Origin: a virus
DNA: 64,000 nucleotides
IMG/VR virus record: IMGVR_UViG_3300027969_000074
Coordinates: 25,058-89,057 of that record
Strand: one strand, 5' to 3'
The notes under the pieces are model-generated. The model did not search any database and was not told the origin of the DNA. It worked only from the letters and a program-made list of their open reading frames with translations. The position numbers were made by a program, and so were the translations under genes. Positions 17,962 to 27,655 of the stretch are shown here, in pieces; position 1 is the first letter of the stretch, and every line of letters starts with the position of its first letter.

Positions 17962-18588
17962 TTAAAAATATTCTTCGAGTTTATCGACCATGTGTGGGTT
18001 TTTAGTTAACACAGCCTCTTTTAACATTTTACGAGCTTTTCTGATTTTGGTTTTAACCGTATTCAAATTCATTTCGTATTTCTCAGCAATCTCATTACCT
18101 CGCATATGATGCAATTCCTTATCAATTAATATTGATTTTTCAATACATTCAGGCAAAGCATTAATTTCAAATCTAGTCATATTATATAAATCATCGAAGT
18201 ACACTTCTTTTTCAAAAGTATAGGCTGAATCATCTAATATATTTAAAGGTTTTGTTAAATTATCTAGGCTTGTTGCATATTGTTGTTTTAATTTATGCTG
18301 ATGAAGTAGTGCTTCATTTTTTGCAATTGTGTAAATCCAGGTCGTAAATCGATAGTTATCGCTATAAGACGCAATTCCTTTAAATATTTTAAAAAGGGTG
18401 TTGTGTAACACCTCATCAGTTTCATCCGAATCATTAAAAAATTTCCAAATAAAATATTTTAACTTTGGATACATAATTGAGGCTAGTCGGTTCCGATCTT
18501 TTTCTGTGTATTTACCTGACTTAATAATTTCAGCCAGGCTTTGCATTTCGTCGTTTAATTGCTTATTCAGTAGATCGTATGCGCTCAT
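17962..18588 (-). CDS. RNA polymerase sigma-70 family factor, ECF-like
   Basis: Region 2: DEVLHNTLFKIFKGIASY...FTTWIYTIAKN. Region 4: EIAEKYEMNLNTVKTKIRKARKMLK. Confidence 0.9.
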   Translation of the reverse strand: MSAYDLLNKQLNDEMQSLAEIIKSGKYTEKDRNRLASIMYPKLKYFIWKFFNDSDETDEVLHNTLFKIFKGIASYSDNYRFTTWIYTIAKNEALLHQHKLKQQYATSLDNLTKPLNILDDSAYTFEKEVYFDDLYNMTRFEINALPECIEKSILIDKELHHMRGNEIAEKYEMNLNTVKTKIRKARKMLKEAVLTKNPHMVDKLEEYF

Positions 18589-18597
18589 TTAATTAGT

Positions 18598-19320
18598 TTA
18601 GTTGGTGTATTTATTGGGGTTTGCAGATTTCCATTTATCATATCTTTCGGTTATCTGAATTAGTATTTTATTTCTCACAATATCTTCGTCTTTAAATGTA
18701 TGCACACTTAACCCATTGATTCCGCTAAGCAATTCAATAAAATCAGGTAAAGCTACTTTACTCTTTGCTATATCATATTGGCTTACGTCTCCACATATTA
18801 ATACCTTAGAATCTTTACCCATCCTAGTAATGAATAGCATTAACTGTTTAAAATCAGCATTTTGAGCTTCATCTAAAATCATTAAACAATTATCAAATGT
18901 TGCACCTCTCATATAGGCAAGAGGCCTAAATTCAATAATTCCAGTTGCTTCTAACCAACCAACATTATTAGGATCATTTAATAATTTTACCAAATTAGAT
19001 CGATAACTTTCCATAAATGGATCAATTTTATCCTTTATTTCTCCCGGCAAGAATCCAAGCTTCTCTCCAGACTCCTGAATTGGTTTAGATAAGATAATTT
19101 TTTTAATTTTTCCACCTAGGTAAAGTTTGAGTGCAGCTAAGCATGCAGTAAAAGTTTTACTTGTACCTGCTGGTCCATAACACAAAGTGATGTCACTAGA
19201 CATGATCTTTTGTAAATAATCGGACTGCGAAGGTTTTAAATTAATTTGCCTTAACTCTTTTTCAGTTAATTCAGGTTTAAACGATTGAGCCTTTCTTTTT
19301 GATTGTAGTTTTTCAGCCAT
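18598..19320 (-). CDS. phoH: PhoH-family ATPase
   Basis: GPAGTSKT, GEKLGFLPG, LAYMRGATF, ILDEAQN and GDVSQYD motifs; likely start MAEKLQ at 19320. Confidence 0.95.
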   Translation of the reverse strand: MAEKLQSKRKAQSFKPELTEKELRQINLKPSQSDYLQKIMSSDITLCYGPAGTSKTFTACLAALKLYLGGKIKKIILSKPIQESGEKLGFLPGEIKDKIDPFMESYRSNLVKLLNDPNNVGWLEATGIIEFRPLAYMRGATFDNCLMILDEAQNADFKQLMLFITRMGKDSKVLICGDVSQYDIAKSKVALPDFIELLSGINGLSVHTFKDEDIVRNKILIQITERYDKWKSANPNKYTN

Positions 19321-19618
19321 TAGATTTAGTGATTCTTTTTTTTGTTTTAATATTAATCTTATCCAATAATTTTTGACATTTTGAACAAGATTCGTAATCT
19401 TCAATTTGCTTGTAAAATGCAAGTGCTTTAGTCAAGCAGTCCGGCCAATCTTTACGGTCAGCAATAACGTCTAATTCTTCATCGACGATTTTCAGTTTTT
19501 TAATATAGATATGGGCCCTCTTTTCAGAAAAGGCTAACTCTATTTGGGCAACTACTATATCAAAAATTTGTTTTTTGTTAGTGCCATAGTCGAATTTTAA
19601 AAAATCATCATGTTTCAT
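19313..19618 (-). CDS. Small protein with UvrB/UvrC-like (UVR) helical motif
   Basis: ALAFYKQIEDYESCSKCQKLLD; likely start MKHDD at 19618. Confidence 0.55.
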   Translation of the reverse strand: MKHDDFLKFDYGTNKKQIFDIVVAQIELAFSEKRAHIYIKKLKIVDEELDVIADRKDWPDCLTKALAFYKQIEDYESCSKCQKLLDKINIKTKKRITKSNG

Positions 19619-21578
19619 AGCCTGACTTTGAATTATTTCCGTAGAATGCATCACGCGTTCTTTTTATTTGGTCTATTGTCATTTCATCAAATACATTAAC
19701 CATTTTGCCAGGTTTTTTAACCTCAGCCGTTGTATTTAATTCTCTTAAGGCTGAGTGATCGTAACCTGAAGAATTTCCAAGATAAGCTTCGCCTAAATAT
19801 AATGAATATACTTTTGACAAATAATCTTTAGGTAGTCTATCAAGTTCGTCATTTACTAATTCCCAAAAGTTTGGTGATTCAAAGAATGCTGCCGTTTCAA
19901 CACACGTAATTGCTAAATCGTCATTGCCACTTTGACTTCGGTAATTACCATTGCTGGATCGGCCAAATGCACCAAGCTCATGAACTGTTTTATGTTCATT
20001 TGGTAAAATTTTATTTACTGCAGCTAGATATTTAAAGCGCTCACAATATTTAGTCTTATTTGTCTCTGTCATCTTTAACCCAGGTTTCCAATTTATTGAA
20101 GTGGTTGTGTGCTTTGAGTGAATTACTTGACCTGGCCAAAAATCCTCGTTTTGTGTTAGCTTATCCATTACCCATTCGCCTTTATGGTTAAGCTCAATTA
20201 AAAGTTTAACTTTTTCAGGATTAAAGATATTATACAACAAATGTTCTAAAGTATTACAATATTCGTTAATATCTTTTTTGTTTGACCTAAAAGTTGCAAC
20301 TTGCACCAGCGTAAAAATATCACCTTCATTTTTAATAAAGTCTTTTACTTGATCTAGCATTTTTAACGGAAGTGCTGCTAACTTAAAGATATTAATTACT
20401 GAATAATCTCTACCCAATCCGTCAGCCGTGTCAATTGCAAAAATATAGTTATTACCATCGTTTTTAATATCGTCTGGTGTTAATTTGGCAAGGTTTGGGT
20501 GAACGGTAAAGCCGTCTAATAGTACTAAATGCTCTGGGCTTTGAGCCCATTCTGGGGTGATATATGATGTGCGTAAATTAAATATTTTCTTAAGATCCTT
20601 TGATGGTAATAGCAACTTATCTGATGAAAAGAATTGTAGCCCATATTCCTGATTAAAGTCTTCTTCTGATCCTAAGTTTGCAATGGTTGCCTGCTTCCAT
20701 TCATCATCTCTACCTGGAACTTGCCACCAATCTACTCGTAACGGAACGTATGTATTATTACCGTTCATTGCATCCATGTAAATATCATAGAATCGGTTCA
20801 TACCATTTGGTGTTGAAGTTATTATAATCTTTGAATTGGATGAGGCTGAAATTGTAGGATAAATTGCTCGATAAAAGAAATCAAGATAGGATGGGTTAAT
20901 ATGAGCAAACTCATCAATGTAGAGTACGTGAATTGTAAAACCAATACCTGTATTTTTAGTGGTAGTACGACCAATTAATCGGCAACCATTGTCAAATTTC
21001 ATTGACATTACATTATTTGAAATACAGCCAGGTTTTAGGAAGAACGGTAGATTTTCAAGTACTGATTTAATTTTATCTAGAACCTCTTTAGTGGTTGATG
21101 CAATATTTGCTACAGCCAATACGTTTTTATCAGTATGGAATATTAAGTACCAGGCAATAAATACGCCAGACATTACGGTCTTTCCAATTTGACGACTTGC
21201 CATTAAGCAATTAAATCGATTATTCTTAAATGATCGGATAATTTCTTCTTGATAGTCACGTAAGATGATTTGCTCAATACCTTGCTCCTGCATTACTTGA
21301 GCATATTTACCGGCAAAGTAAACTGGGTCGGCTTTACATTTTCGGATTTCTTCAAGCTCTTCTGGAGTATATTCAAATACAATATTTGCCTTTTTCCAAA
21401 CTGGATCATTATCTTTAAATGGGGAATTTTTGATTGTTTTAATATCAATCACGCCATTTTCAAAATCATCAAGTAACTGTTGTACCTTAACGGTTGTCCA
21501 AATCGCACTATTTTCCTGGTCAAGGTCGGAAAGCTTCATCTGAGTTCTACTTCCGCTATTTGCTATAAAATCTTTCAT
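19608..21578 (-). CDS. terL: Terminase large subunit (T4 gp17-like)
   Basis: LRDYQ, Walker A SRQIGKT, Walker B LYIDEFA, motif C ITSTPNG, nuclease acidic residues IDTADG...DYS and GNDDL. Confidence 0.96.
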   Translation of the reverse strand: MKDFIANSGSRTQMKLSDLDQENSAIWTTVKVQQLLDDFENGVIDIKTIKNSPFKDNDPVWKKANIVFEYTPEELEEIRKCKADPVYFAGKYAQVMQEQGIEQIILRDYQEEIIRSFKNNRFNCLMASRQIGKTVMSGVFIAWYLIFHTDKNVLAVANIASTTKEVLDKIKSVLENLPFFLKPGCISNNVMSMKFDNGCRLIGRTTTKNTGIGFTIHVLYIDEFAHINPSYLDFFYRAIYPTISASSNSKIIITSTPNGMNRFYDIYMDAMNGNNTYVPLRVDWWQVPGRDDEWKQATIANLGSEEDFNQEYGLQFFSSDKLLLPSKDLKKIFNLRTSYITPEWAQSPEHLVLLDGFTVHPNLAKLTPDDIKNDGNNYIFAIDTADGLGRDYSVINIFKLAALPLKMLDQVKDFIKNEGDIFTLVQVATFRSNKKDINEYCNTLEHLLYNIFNPEKVKLLIELNHKGEWVMDKLTQNEDFWPGQVIHSKHTTTSINWKPGLKMTETNKTKYCERFKYLAAVNKILPNEHKTVHELGAFGRSSNGNYRSQSGNDDLAITCVETAAFFESPNFWELVNDELDRLPKDYLSKVYSLYLGEAYLGNSSGYDHSALRELNTTAEVKKPGKMVNVFDEMTIDQIKRTRDAFYGNNSKSGYET

Positions 21579-22321
21579 ATTAATGAATTGACGTCATCCA
21601 TATAGTCGATATCGCTATCTTCCGTAATAATAACATTGGATACTCCACGTTCTATCATAACTTCAGCCTTTCGACCTGGGTGAGTTAAGTGCCTAGAGTC
21701 AGAAGTATCTTCTTCTATTTCAAGGGCGTCAATTTCTTTTATTAAATTTTTAGTTCCAGCCGTGATGTAGTAATCGCTTGAGCTTTGAGGTATTGCTCTT
21801 GCTTGAGGTCCGGCTCCGCCTGAATCTTTTTGAGCTATATCTTGATTTACCTTTTTATAAGTATCCTCTAGGAATAGCATGTAATTTGCTTGAGTTTTTA
21901 CAACAGCTGTTAATTTATCCTGAAGTTGTCCAAATACTTCAAATAATCTAGGATGAGTATTTCCTTGATTAATTTCTTCAGTTATTTTTTCAATTGCCAT
22001 GCGGATGGTTTTTAACTGAAAGAATATATTTTGAATACTTGAATTATCAAGCATCTGTTTTTGTTTAATGTATTCGTGCTGGTCTAATACACCAAGATCT
22101 ACATAGAACGATAGAAGAGAGTCAGTAATATTTTTAGCCTGCCTTTCAAAGACTGAGTTCATTTCAATAAAATCTAATGGTGGAGCGGCTGCAATTTCAG
22201 CAAGCTGCTCATCAATATTATTGTCTTCCTGATTAGGTCCACCGGAATAGGTGCTTAATAGTGATTCAAGCTCTCCCTTAATTTGAGCCTTTTTTTCCTT
22301 TGAGAATACTGGTCCAGCCAT
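21575..22321 (-). CDS. Terminase small subunit (T4 gp16-like)
   Basis: HPRLFEVFGQL matches the gp16 PRxxEVF motif; immediately upstream of terL. Confidence 0.65.
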   Translation of the reverse strand: MAGPVFSKEKKAQIKGELESLLSTYSGGPNQEDNNIDEQLAEIAAAPPLDFIEMNSVFERQAKNITDSLLSFYVDLGVLDQHEYIKQKQMLDNSSIQNIFFQLKTIRMAIEKITEEINQGNTHPRLFEVFGQLQDKLTAVVKTQANYMLFLEDTYKKVNQDIAQKDSGGAGPQARAIPQSSSDYYITAGTKNLIKEIDALEIEEDTSDSRHLTHPGRKAEVMIERGVSNVIITEDSDIDYMDDVNSLI

Positions 22322-22324
22322 ACA

Positions 22325-22570
22325 TTAGTTTAGTCGATTTTCATTCTTATCTAGCGCAGGATTTGCGAATATTTTAATTTGTTTAACTGCTTCGATATGC
22401 TCGTAAATGTAAGCTTCAATATATGCAATAAACGAATCTAATATCGGGTTTGCTCCAAACATTTGATTTGAAAGGACTCGTTTCATTAAGTTATCTTTAT
22501 ACATATAACCCAGATGAAGACGTCGGTCTTTTCTATTATACACCTTTTGGTACAGAGAGTTTCTTATCAT
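22325..22570 (-). CDS. Hypothetical protein
   Basis: 81 aa, start overlaps the baseplate gene stop. Confidence 0.6.
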   Translation of the reverse strand: MIRNSLYQKVYNRKDRRLHLGYMYKDNLMKRVLSNQMFGANPILDSFIAYIEAYIYEHIEAVKQIKIFANPALDKNENRLN

Positions 22571-24261
22571 ATAATTCCAATATTTTTACGGGCTACCTGT
22601 GCTTTAATTGAAATATTTAGTGCGCCTAGTGCAGATTCAGATAAACCTTCTGCATACTTATTACCTTGAGAATCAGTCCAACCTCCACGTACTACTGGAA
22701 ACTCGTCTAGTCCAATAATAATATCATTAAAATCATCTAGTCCAATCAGTTTATCAGTTGCTGGATTTGCAGTTTTATTAAGTTCGTCAAGCTCACTAAT
22801 CATATTAATACTAACTGAGTCAACTCCGTTAATTGCTTCAACTACTGCAATTAAATCACTCTTTGGAACACGATCTTGTCTTTTCAATTTAATAAAGTAT
22901 TTACCTAGAGCGTCGGCAATATCTGACTTAACAATATCTTGAGAAACATCATCAAACGCAATAATACTTAAATTAATTACGTATTTTGTAATTTTTGGAT
23001 CAAGTATTTTTAGGTCAGTTGAAATCATTTTTGTTCCAGATTTTTCAACGTATTTCATTAACTCATTCTTTTGAAAATCAGTTAACTTAAAATTACTAAC
23101 CGGTAGATTAAAATAGTCGGTTCCATTTTTAAACATTTGAGTAACATCCGGAACCAAAAAAAGATTAATCATTCGTGAATCCAAAATATTACCATTTGCA
23201 TCTTGGTCTAAAAATACTTTAATGGTTGAAAACATTTGCATTTTTTGTAATAAGACTTCATAATTATCTAAGTTAACTAGCGCAAAACTTTTTGATGCAC
23301 GTGGTGCAATTAATCGAGTTAAGGCAGGATCTTCTGGATCTACTCCAAAATTTGGAGCACTTATTGTTACAATTGTAAAATAATCGCTCATTATAATCTC
23401 TTCTCCAATTGGAGAAAATCCAGTATCAACAAATGAAAATGATACTTGCGAGTTATTCTCAACTTTAACATTACCTGAAGAGCCGTCAGTATTTAAGTAT
23501 TCAACAACAATAGTTGAACCGGTTGTTGGAATTTTACCAAATGATCCATTACCAAAATAGATGTCCAATCCATTTGTTATACCAGTTTTTGCAATAAATC
23601 CTTTTGCTCCTCTTGGAATATCTAATAGTGATTCGTATTTGGTCCATTTCTCTCCGTTAACATACACGTTAACGATAAAATTATCAATATAAAAATTATT
23701 CGGCGCTCCCATTTGATAACTTTCAAATGCAATGCCCTTTGCGGTAAAGGTTTGGGATTCAATTTGACCTTGTCGAACACTAAAAATTGCAGTAGTTTCA
23801 GTACCACTTAGCGCAAGTCTTACTTCTTCTTGAGTAAGTTCAATTGCATAGGTAAGTCCATTATTTTCACAACGAACTCTAAATAGGTTATTAAGCACAA
23901 CTTTAGTGGCAGGTGGGGTAATATTGGGTTTTCTAACAATTCGGATTTGACCGGTTGCACCAATTGCTCTACTTGGGTTATGGCCAGCAAGAGTAGCTAG
24001 CGAATAGATTGACGAAACTCGACTTGCTTCATTTATATTTAGTTCAGTAATTGAGTCTTCAATATAATAAAAAATAAGTTGACTTAAGTTTTCTACAACA
24101 ATTAATAGCTGGCCAAATGGAGAAGCTGCAGTAAATACAGAACGACTCTGTTTAAACTTTGTTTGTAAGAACTGTATAGTTTCGCTAAGAATATCTCTAA
24201 CTCGTATATTTAAACTAGTAAAGAGCCTTAGACTGGTATTTTGTTTAGTAAGGTTTGCCAT
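22567..24261 (-). CDS. Baseplate wedge protein (T4 gp6-like)
   Basis: ASRVSSIYSLATLAGHNP, IYFGNGSFGKIPTTGSTIVVEYLNTDGSSGN and LVNLDNY motifs; late motif at 24284-24291. Confidence 0.82.
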   Translation of the reverse strand: MANLTKQNTSLRLFTSLNIRVRDILSETIQFLQTKFKQSRSVFTAASPFGQLLIVVENLSQLIFYYIEDSITELNINEASRVSSIYSLATLAGHNPSRAIGATGQIRIVRKPNITPPATKVVLNNLFRVRCENNGLTYAIELTQEEVRLALSGTETTAIFSVRQGQIESQTFTAKGIAFESYQMGAPNNFYIDNFIVNVYVNGEKWTKYESLLDIPRGAKGFIAKTGITNGLDIYFGNGSFGKIPTTGSTIVVEYLNTDGSSGNVKVENNSQVSFSFVDTGFSPIGEEIIMSDYFTIVTISAPNFGVDPEDPALTRLIAPRASKSFALVNLDNYEVLLQKMQMFSTIKVFLDQDANGNILDSRMINLFLVPDVTQMFKNGTDYFNLPVSNFKLTDFQKNELMKYVEKSGTKMISTDLKILDPKITKYVINLSIIAFDDVSQDIVKSDIADALGKYFIKLKRQDRVPKSDLIAVVEAINGVDSVSINMISELDELNKTANPATDKLIGLDDFNDIIIGLDEFPVVRGGWTDSQGNKYAEGLSESALGALNISIKAQVARKNIGII

Positions 24262-24357
24262 TTAAGGAGTAGCTTCTTTTAGGTTATTTATCAGCAGAGT
24301 AAAACGTTTATGAAAGAGACCACCTGTATAAATAATTAGGTATAATAACTATTATAT

Positions 24358-24721
24358 GGGGATAACCGGTTTTGACAGAAATTATCGGTTACGCTTGCAC
24401 GCCGAGGATGATGCTAAGACTCGTTAAAATGTATTACAAACAATAAGTGGCAACACTACTTTCTGGAGCCTAGTTAACCAAGGCGTTAACACTCCTGTTA
24501 CTGAAGAGCTTTTAGCTGCATAAGTAACCAAGCGGCAACTGCTTGACTAACCAAAGTTGCAAAACCAGCATGGCGTAGCGGCCAAGTCGAACCGTTACCG
24601 ACTTTAGCTTTAAGTCGTTAAAGAATAAGATATTTCGTCCAATTAGAAAAATGGACTAAGCGTGTAAATGAAAGTTTAATTAGAGGTTTTTTGGACGGCG
24701 GTTCGATTCCGCCTATCTCCA
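24358..24721 (+). ncRNA. ssrA: tmRNA (transfer-messenger RNA)
   Basis: 5' GGGGATAACCGGTTTTGACAG. The acceptor stem GGGGAUA/UAUCUCC carries the G3.U alanine identity pair, the T-arm is GGCGG-TTCGATT-CCGCC and the discriminator is A24721. Internal tag ORF ends LAA-stop. Length 364 nt. Confidence 0.95.
24449..24523 (+). other. tmRNA tag reading frame (A)GNTTFWSLVNQGVNTPVTEELLAA*
   Basis: Resume codon GGC follows ATAAGT; frame ends GCT GCA TAA. Confidence 0.8.
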
Positions 24722-24727
24722 CACCAC

Positions 24728-24757
24728 AAAAGGTATCCAGCATTGGGTACCTTTTTT
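24728..24757 (+). terminator. Rho-independent terminator after tmRNA
   Basis: AAAAGGTATCCA-GCAT-TGGGTACCTTTTTT hairpin plus U-tract. Confidence 0.85.
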
Positions 24758-24798
24758 ATTTTCTAAGAGTTGAGTCTGGGCATAAATAAATAAACCAG

Positions 24799-25554
24799 AT
24801 GAAAACATTAAACACCGACGATATTTTTCTAAGAAATTTAACAATTGCCTTGCTCGATTTGTTAAACGGAGAAATGGAGATTACTATTGCACGAAATGAT
24901 CATAATGAAACTTTTAAGGTTCCGTTTCTTTATAATTATGGAACAGATGAAGGCTTCTTAAAGGATTTTTATATTGGACTGCCTGATAATTGTCGCATTC
25001 CAGCAGCAGAAGGAACCTATGATATTATTCCAAGAGGAATTGTAACTCTTTCAAGCTTCCAAGTTAAACCGTCTGATATTACAAATAGGTTTGTTAGGGG
25101 TAGTTTTACTGAACCTGAACGAGGAGAAAACGATCAAAATATCCTAACTGGATATTCAGCTCAGCTATTTTCTTTTCCAATGTCAATTAAATTTGATGTT
25201 AAAATTATTTGCGATAACTTAAATAAAGCATTTAAGATTGCTGAAAATATGTTACATATTTTTTATGCAAACCGTGTAATGTATTTTCAATATCACGGAG
25301 TAAGAATTCCTGCGCAATTTCATTTTCCAGATAATCCAACAACCGATAAGACTTATAAGTTTACAATGCTTGATAATAATAAACTAAACGTTACTCTATC
25401 AGTTGACGTTGAAACATACTTACCGAGTTTTGAGCATACCTCTAAACGTAAAAGTTCAAATGTTATTGAAAGATTTGAAGTTAATCGTAAAGGTCCAAGT
25501 GGTGATAAATTAACTAAAACTGAATGGGTTGATCAAAACAGTCCAAATACTTAA
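24799..25554 (+). CDS. Tail sheath stabilizer/terminator protein (T4 gp15-like)
   Basis: FKVPFLY...IPRGIVTLSSF...PMSIKFDVKII...AFKIAENML pattern; ATAAATAA at 24782-24789. Confidence 0.65.
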   Translation: MKTLNTDDIFLRNLTIALLDLLNGEMEITIARNDHNETFKVPFLYNYGTDEGFLKDFYIGLPDNCRIPAAEGTYDIIPRGIVTLSSFQVKPSDITNRFVRGSFTEPERGENDQNILTGYSAQLFSFPMSIKFDVKIICDNLNKAFKIAENMLHIFYANRVMYFQYHGVRIPAQFHFPDNPTTDKTYKFTMLDNNKLNVTLSVDVETYLPSFEHTSKRKSSNVIERFEVNRKGPSGDKLTKTEWVDQNSPNT

Positions 25555-25574
25555 TAAAATAATAAAATAAACAA

Positions 25575-27017
25575 ATGTCAACCTCAAAATCATTTGCATA
25601 CAATACAGGTTCTCCAATTGCTGGAACAGATCAAGTTGGAGATCTAGCAATTAGCGTAGACGACCAAGATTATACAACTTCACCAGGTGGAGTTCAATGG
25701 TGGCAAGGTCCAGATCAGGACTTGGGTTACGTTATTGCCTATTCGCAGCCTAATGATTTACATCCAACACCAGTAGCTGACTATCTCTATTTAGACCCAA
25801 CTCGTTTAGGTAATAGCGCAGGTTTAAGTAACAGTAATCAAACCGTCCAACAACTATTTGGATACGTACAATCAACATTAGGAACTAAATTAATTGGGGC
25901 TAATGACCAAGTAATGTTTAGCGTTCTAGTTAGTTTATTAGCGCCTGCAACTCTCCCAGATAGTCACTATATTGGTATTGGTACTGCAAATATGAATTAT
26001 AATGGTGTTACCCCAACCCCTTACGGTGCATTCCCAGGTAATGATGATCAAAGTATAGGTTATCGTAGTGATGGAACCATTTGGTACAATGGAAACATCG
26101 TTAATGGAGTATCATTATCCGCTTGGACAACTGGAGATATAATTGATATTGTTATTAATAATAACGTAAATGGGATGTGGGTGAGAGTTAATGGTGGTTA
26201 TTGGAATAATGACATTAGCTCTGATCCAGAAACTAATGCTAATGGTATTGAAATTATTAACAGTCCGTTTTATCCAGTATTATGTCCAGGCTACGAAGGC
26301 ACAATGACAGTACAAAATAGTGCAGCATATGGAACGCCTAGAAATTGTAAACTATTAGGTGATGAAACTGCTGCAGTTGGATTTAAGAGATCAACCTCAC
26401 TAACTGAAGCCAGTTTTATTGAAGTTGCAAATAGCGTAAGCGGCCAAGTTTTTATAAGCGGTAATGCTGCAAGTACGTGGTTAACTGATAATGGTTATTG
26501 GAATAATTGGTCAAGTTTCGGTAGTTCAGGATTTCAATGGATGACAATTAATTCGGTTACATCAACCTCTGCGACAGGCATAGGCCAAAATAATATTACA
26601 ATTGCAGTTAGTCAAAGCGGTGGTGGTATGGGAATAACGAATGGTATGTTTGCAGCAACAACTTTTCCTGAACAATATGGTGTACCGCTTAGTGGTAATC
26701 AAATTTTAAATCAATTTGCTGGAACTTTTACTGCAGTGTTTAGTCAACCTGTTCTAAACCCATTGGTTGCATTTGCAAGTGTAGGTCAACCTGGTGTACA
26801 GGTACCGGTTCAAGTATCAGCGCCATTTACTCCAATTTTTTCACAGGGTATAACCTTTCAAAATGCAGTTAATGGAACTCAATACACTCAATTTATTGGA
26901 GAAGAGGGATATACAATTATTCGAATAGACGGTACTGTAAGCATTGTAAGTTTTGTCTATACTGCGTCAGAATACTATTGTAATGTTTGTTTTGGATTTG
27001 TTGATCAAAATGCATAA
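25575..27017 (+). CDS. Putative virion protein with SPRY/concanavalin-like domain
   Basis: YIGIG...SIGYRSDGTIWYNG...WTTGDIIDIVI...MWVRVNG...PFYP is SPRY-like. Confidence 0.6.
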   Translation: MSTSKSFAYNTGSPIAGTDQVGDLAISVDDQDYTTSPGGVQWWQGPDQDLGYVIAYSQPNDLHPTPVADYLYLDPTRLGNSAGLSNSNQTVQQLFGYVQSTLGTKLIGANDQVMFSVLVSLLAPATLPDSHYIGIGTANMNYNGVTPTPYGAFPGNDDQSIGYRSDGTIWYNGNIVNGVSLSAWTTGDIIDIVINNNVNGMWVRVNGGYWNNDISSDPETNANGIEIINSPFYPVLCPGYEGTMTVQNSAAYGTPRNCKLLGDETAAVGFKRSTSLTEASFIEVANSVSGQVFISGNAASTWLTDNGYWNNWSSFGSSGFQWMTINSVTSTSATGIGQNNITIAVSQSGGGMGITNGMFAATTFPEQYGVPLSGNQILNQFAGTFTAVFSQPVLNPLVAFASVGQPGVQVPVQVSAPFTPIFSQGITFQNAVNGTQYTQFIGEEGYTIIRIDGTVSIVSFVYTASEYYCNVCFGFVDQNA

Positions 27018-27027
27018 CCTTGCATAA

Positions 27028-27645
27028 TTAATCAAAGTCTAATTCCAAGTCAAAATTATAATATTGGAAAGTGGCAGTGAATGTTGTAAACTGCGGAGTT
27101 ATTGATGAATATGATAGATTCATTTCACTTAATGACTTTAGCATTGGTCTATTAAAAACAATAGATGAAACTGCATAGCCTTCATTATTTAAGAGAGTTA
27201 ATCTGATTGGATGAAAAAACGGATGATTTGCATTTGCAATTGGATTTACGGATAATGCTTGGCCTAATGAATTATTGCCAAGATTGTCTGGATTAACATT
27301 TGCCGGTTCTAAATAATTTAAGGCATTATCTAAAAATATAAAATAGTTTAGATATGCATCAGTTAACTTAAAGGTTAATTTAAGTTCTCTCGTAAATTGA
27401 TCAGCTATTGGTTTTGCACTCTGCAATTCTTGAATCTTGCCAAGTGTTCGGGTCTGAGTTGGCAAAGTTGAAGAAAATCCTGGAAAATTCACAGTTTGTA
27501 TAGTTGATGCCATAAAATCAGATAATGACTTATATGGCAATAATAGACTTCTATAATATTTGTTGTACTTTTGTTGCACAACACCATTAAAGAAGTCCAT
27601 TGGTAGGTTTATTAAAAATGAATTTTGTCTAGCGTTTAATATCAT
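27028..27645 (-). CDS. Tail tube-fold protein (T4 gp19/gp3-like)
   Basis: IQTVNFPGFS...LKLTFKL...SLSEMNLSY...FTATFQY pattern. Confidence 0.6.
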   Translation of the reverse strand: MILNARQNSFLINLPMDFFNGVVQQKYNKYYRSLLLPYKSLSDFMASTIQTVNFPGFSSTLPTQTRTLGKIQELQSAKPIADQFTRELKLTFKLTDAYLNYFIFLDNALNYLEPANVNPDNLGNNSLGQALSVNPIANANHPFFHPIRLTLLNNEGYAVSSIVFNRPMLKSLSEMNLSYSSITPQFTTFTATFQYYNFDLELDFD

Positions 27646-27655
27646 ATAGAATTAT

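Noticed and set aside
19321-19422. Upstream extensions of ORF-track starts (phoH 19422; also 19654, 31126, 34963, 13871)
   Set aside because: They overlap upstream genes extensively; downstream ATGs at 19320, 19618, 31066, 34894 and 13790 fit normal gene packing.
19608-21578. Intein or intron in the terminase
   Set aside because: The ORF is continuous at 656 aa with normally spaced motifs and no intein splice-junction or LAGLIDADG signatures.
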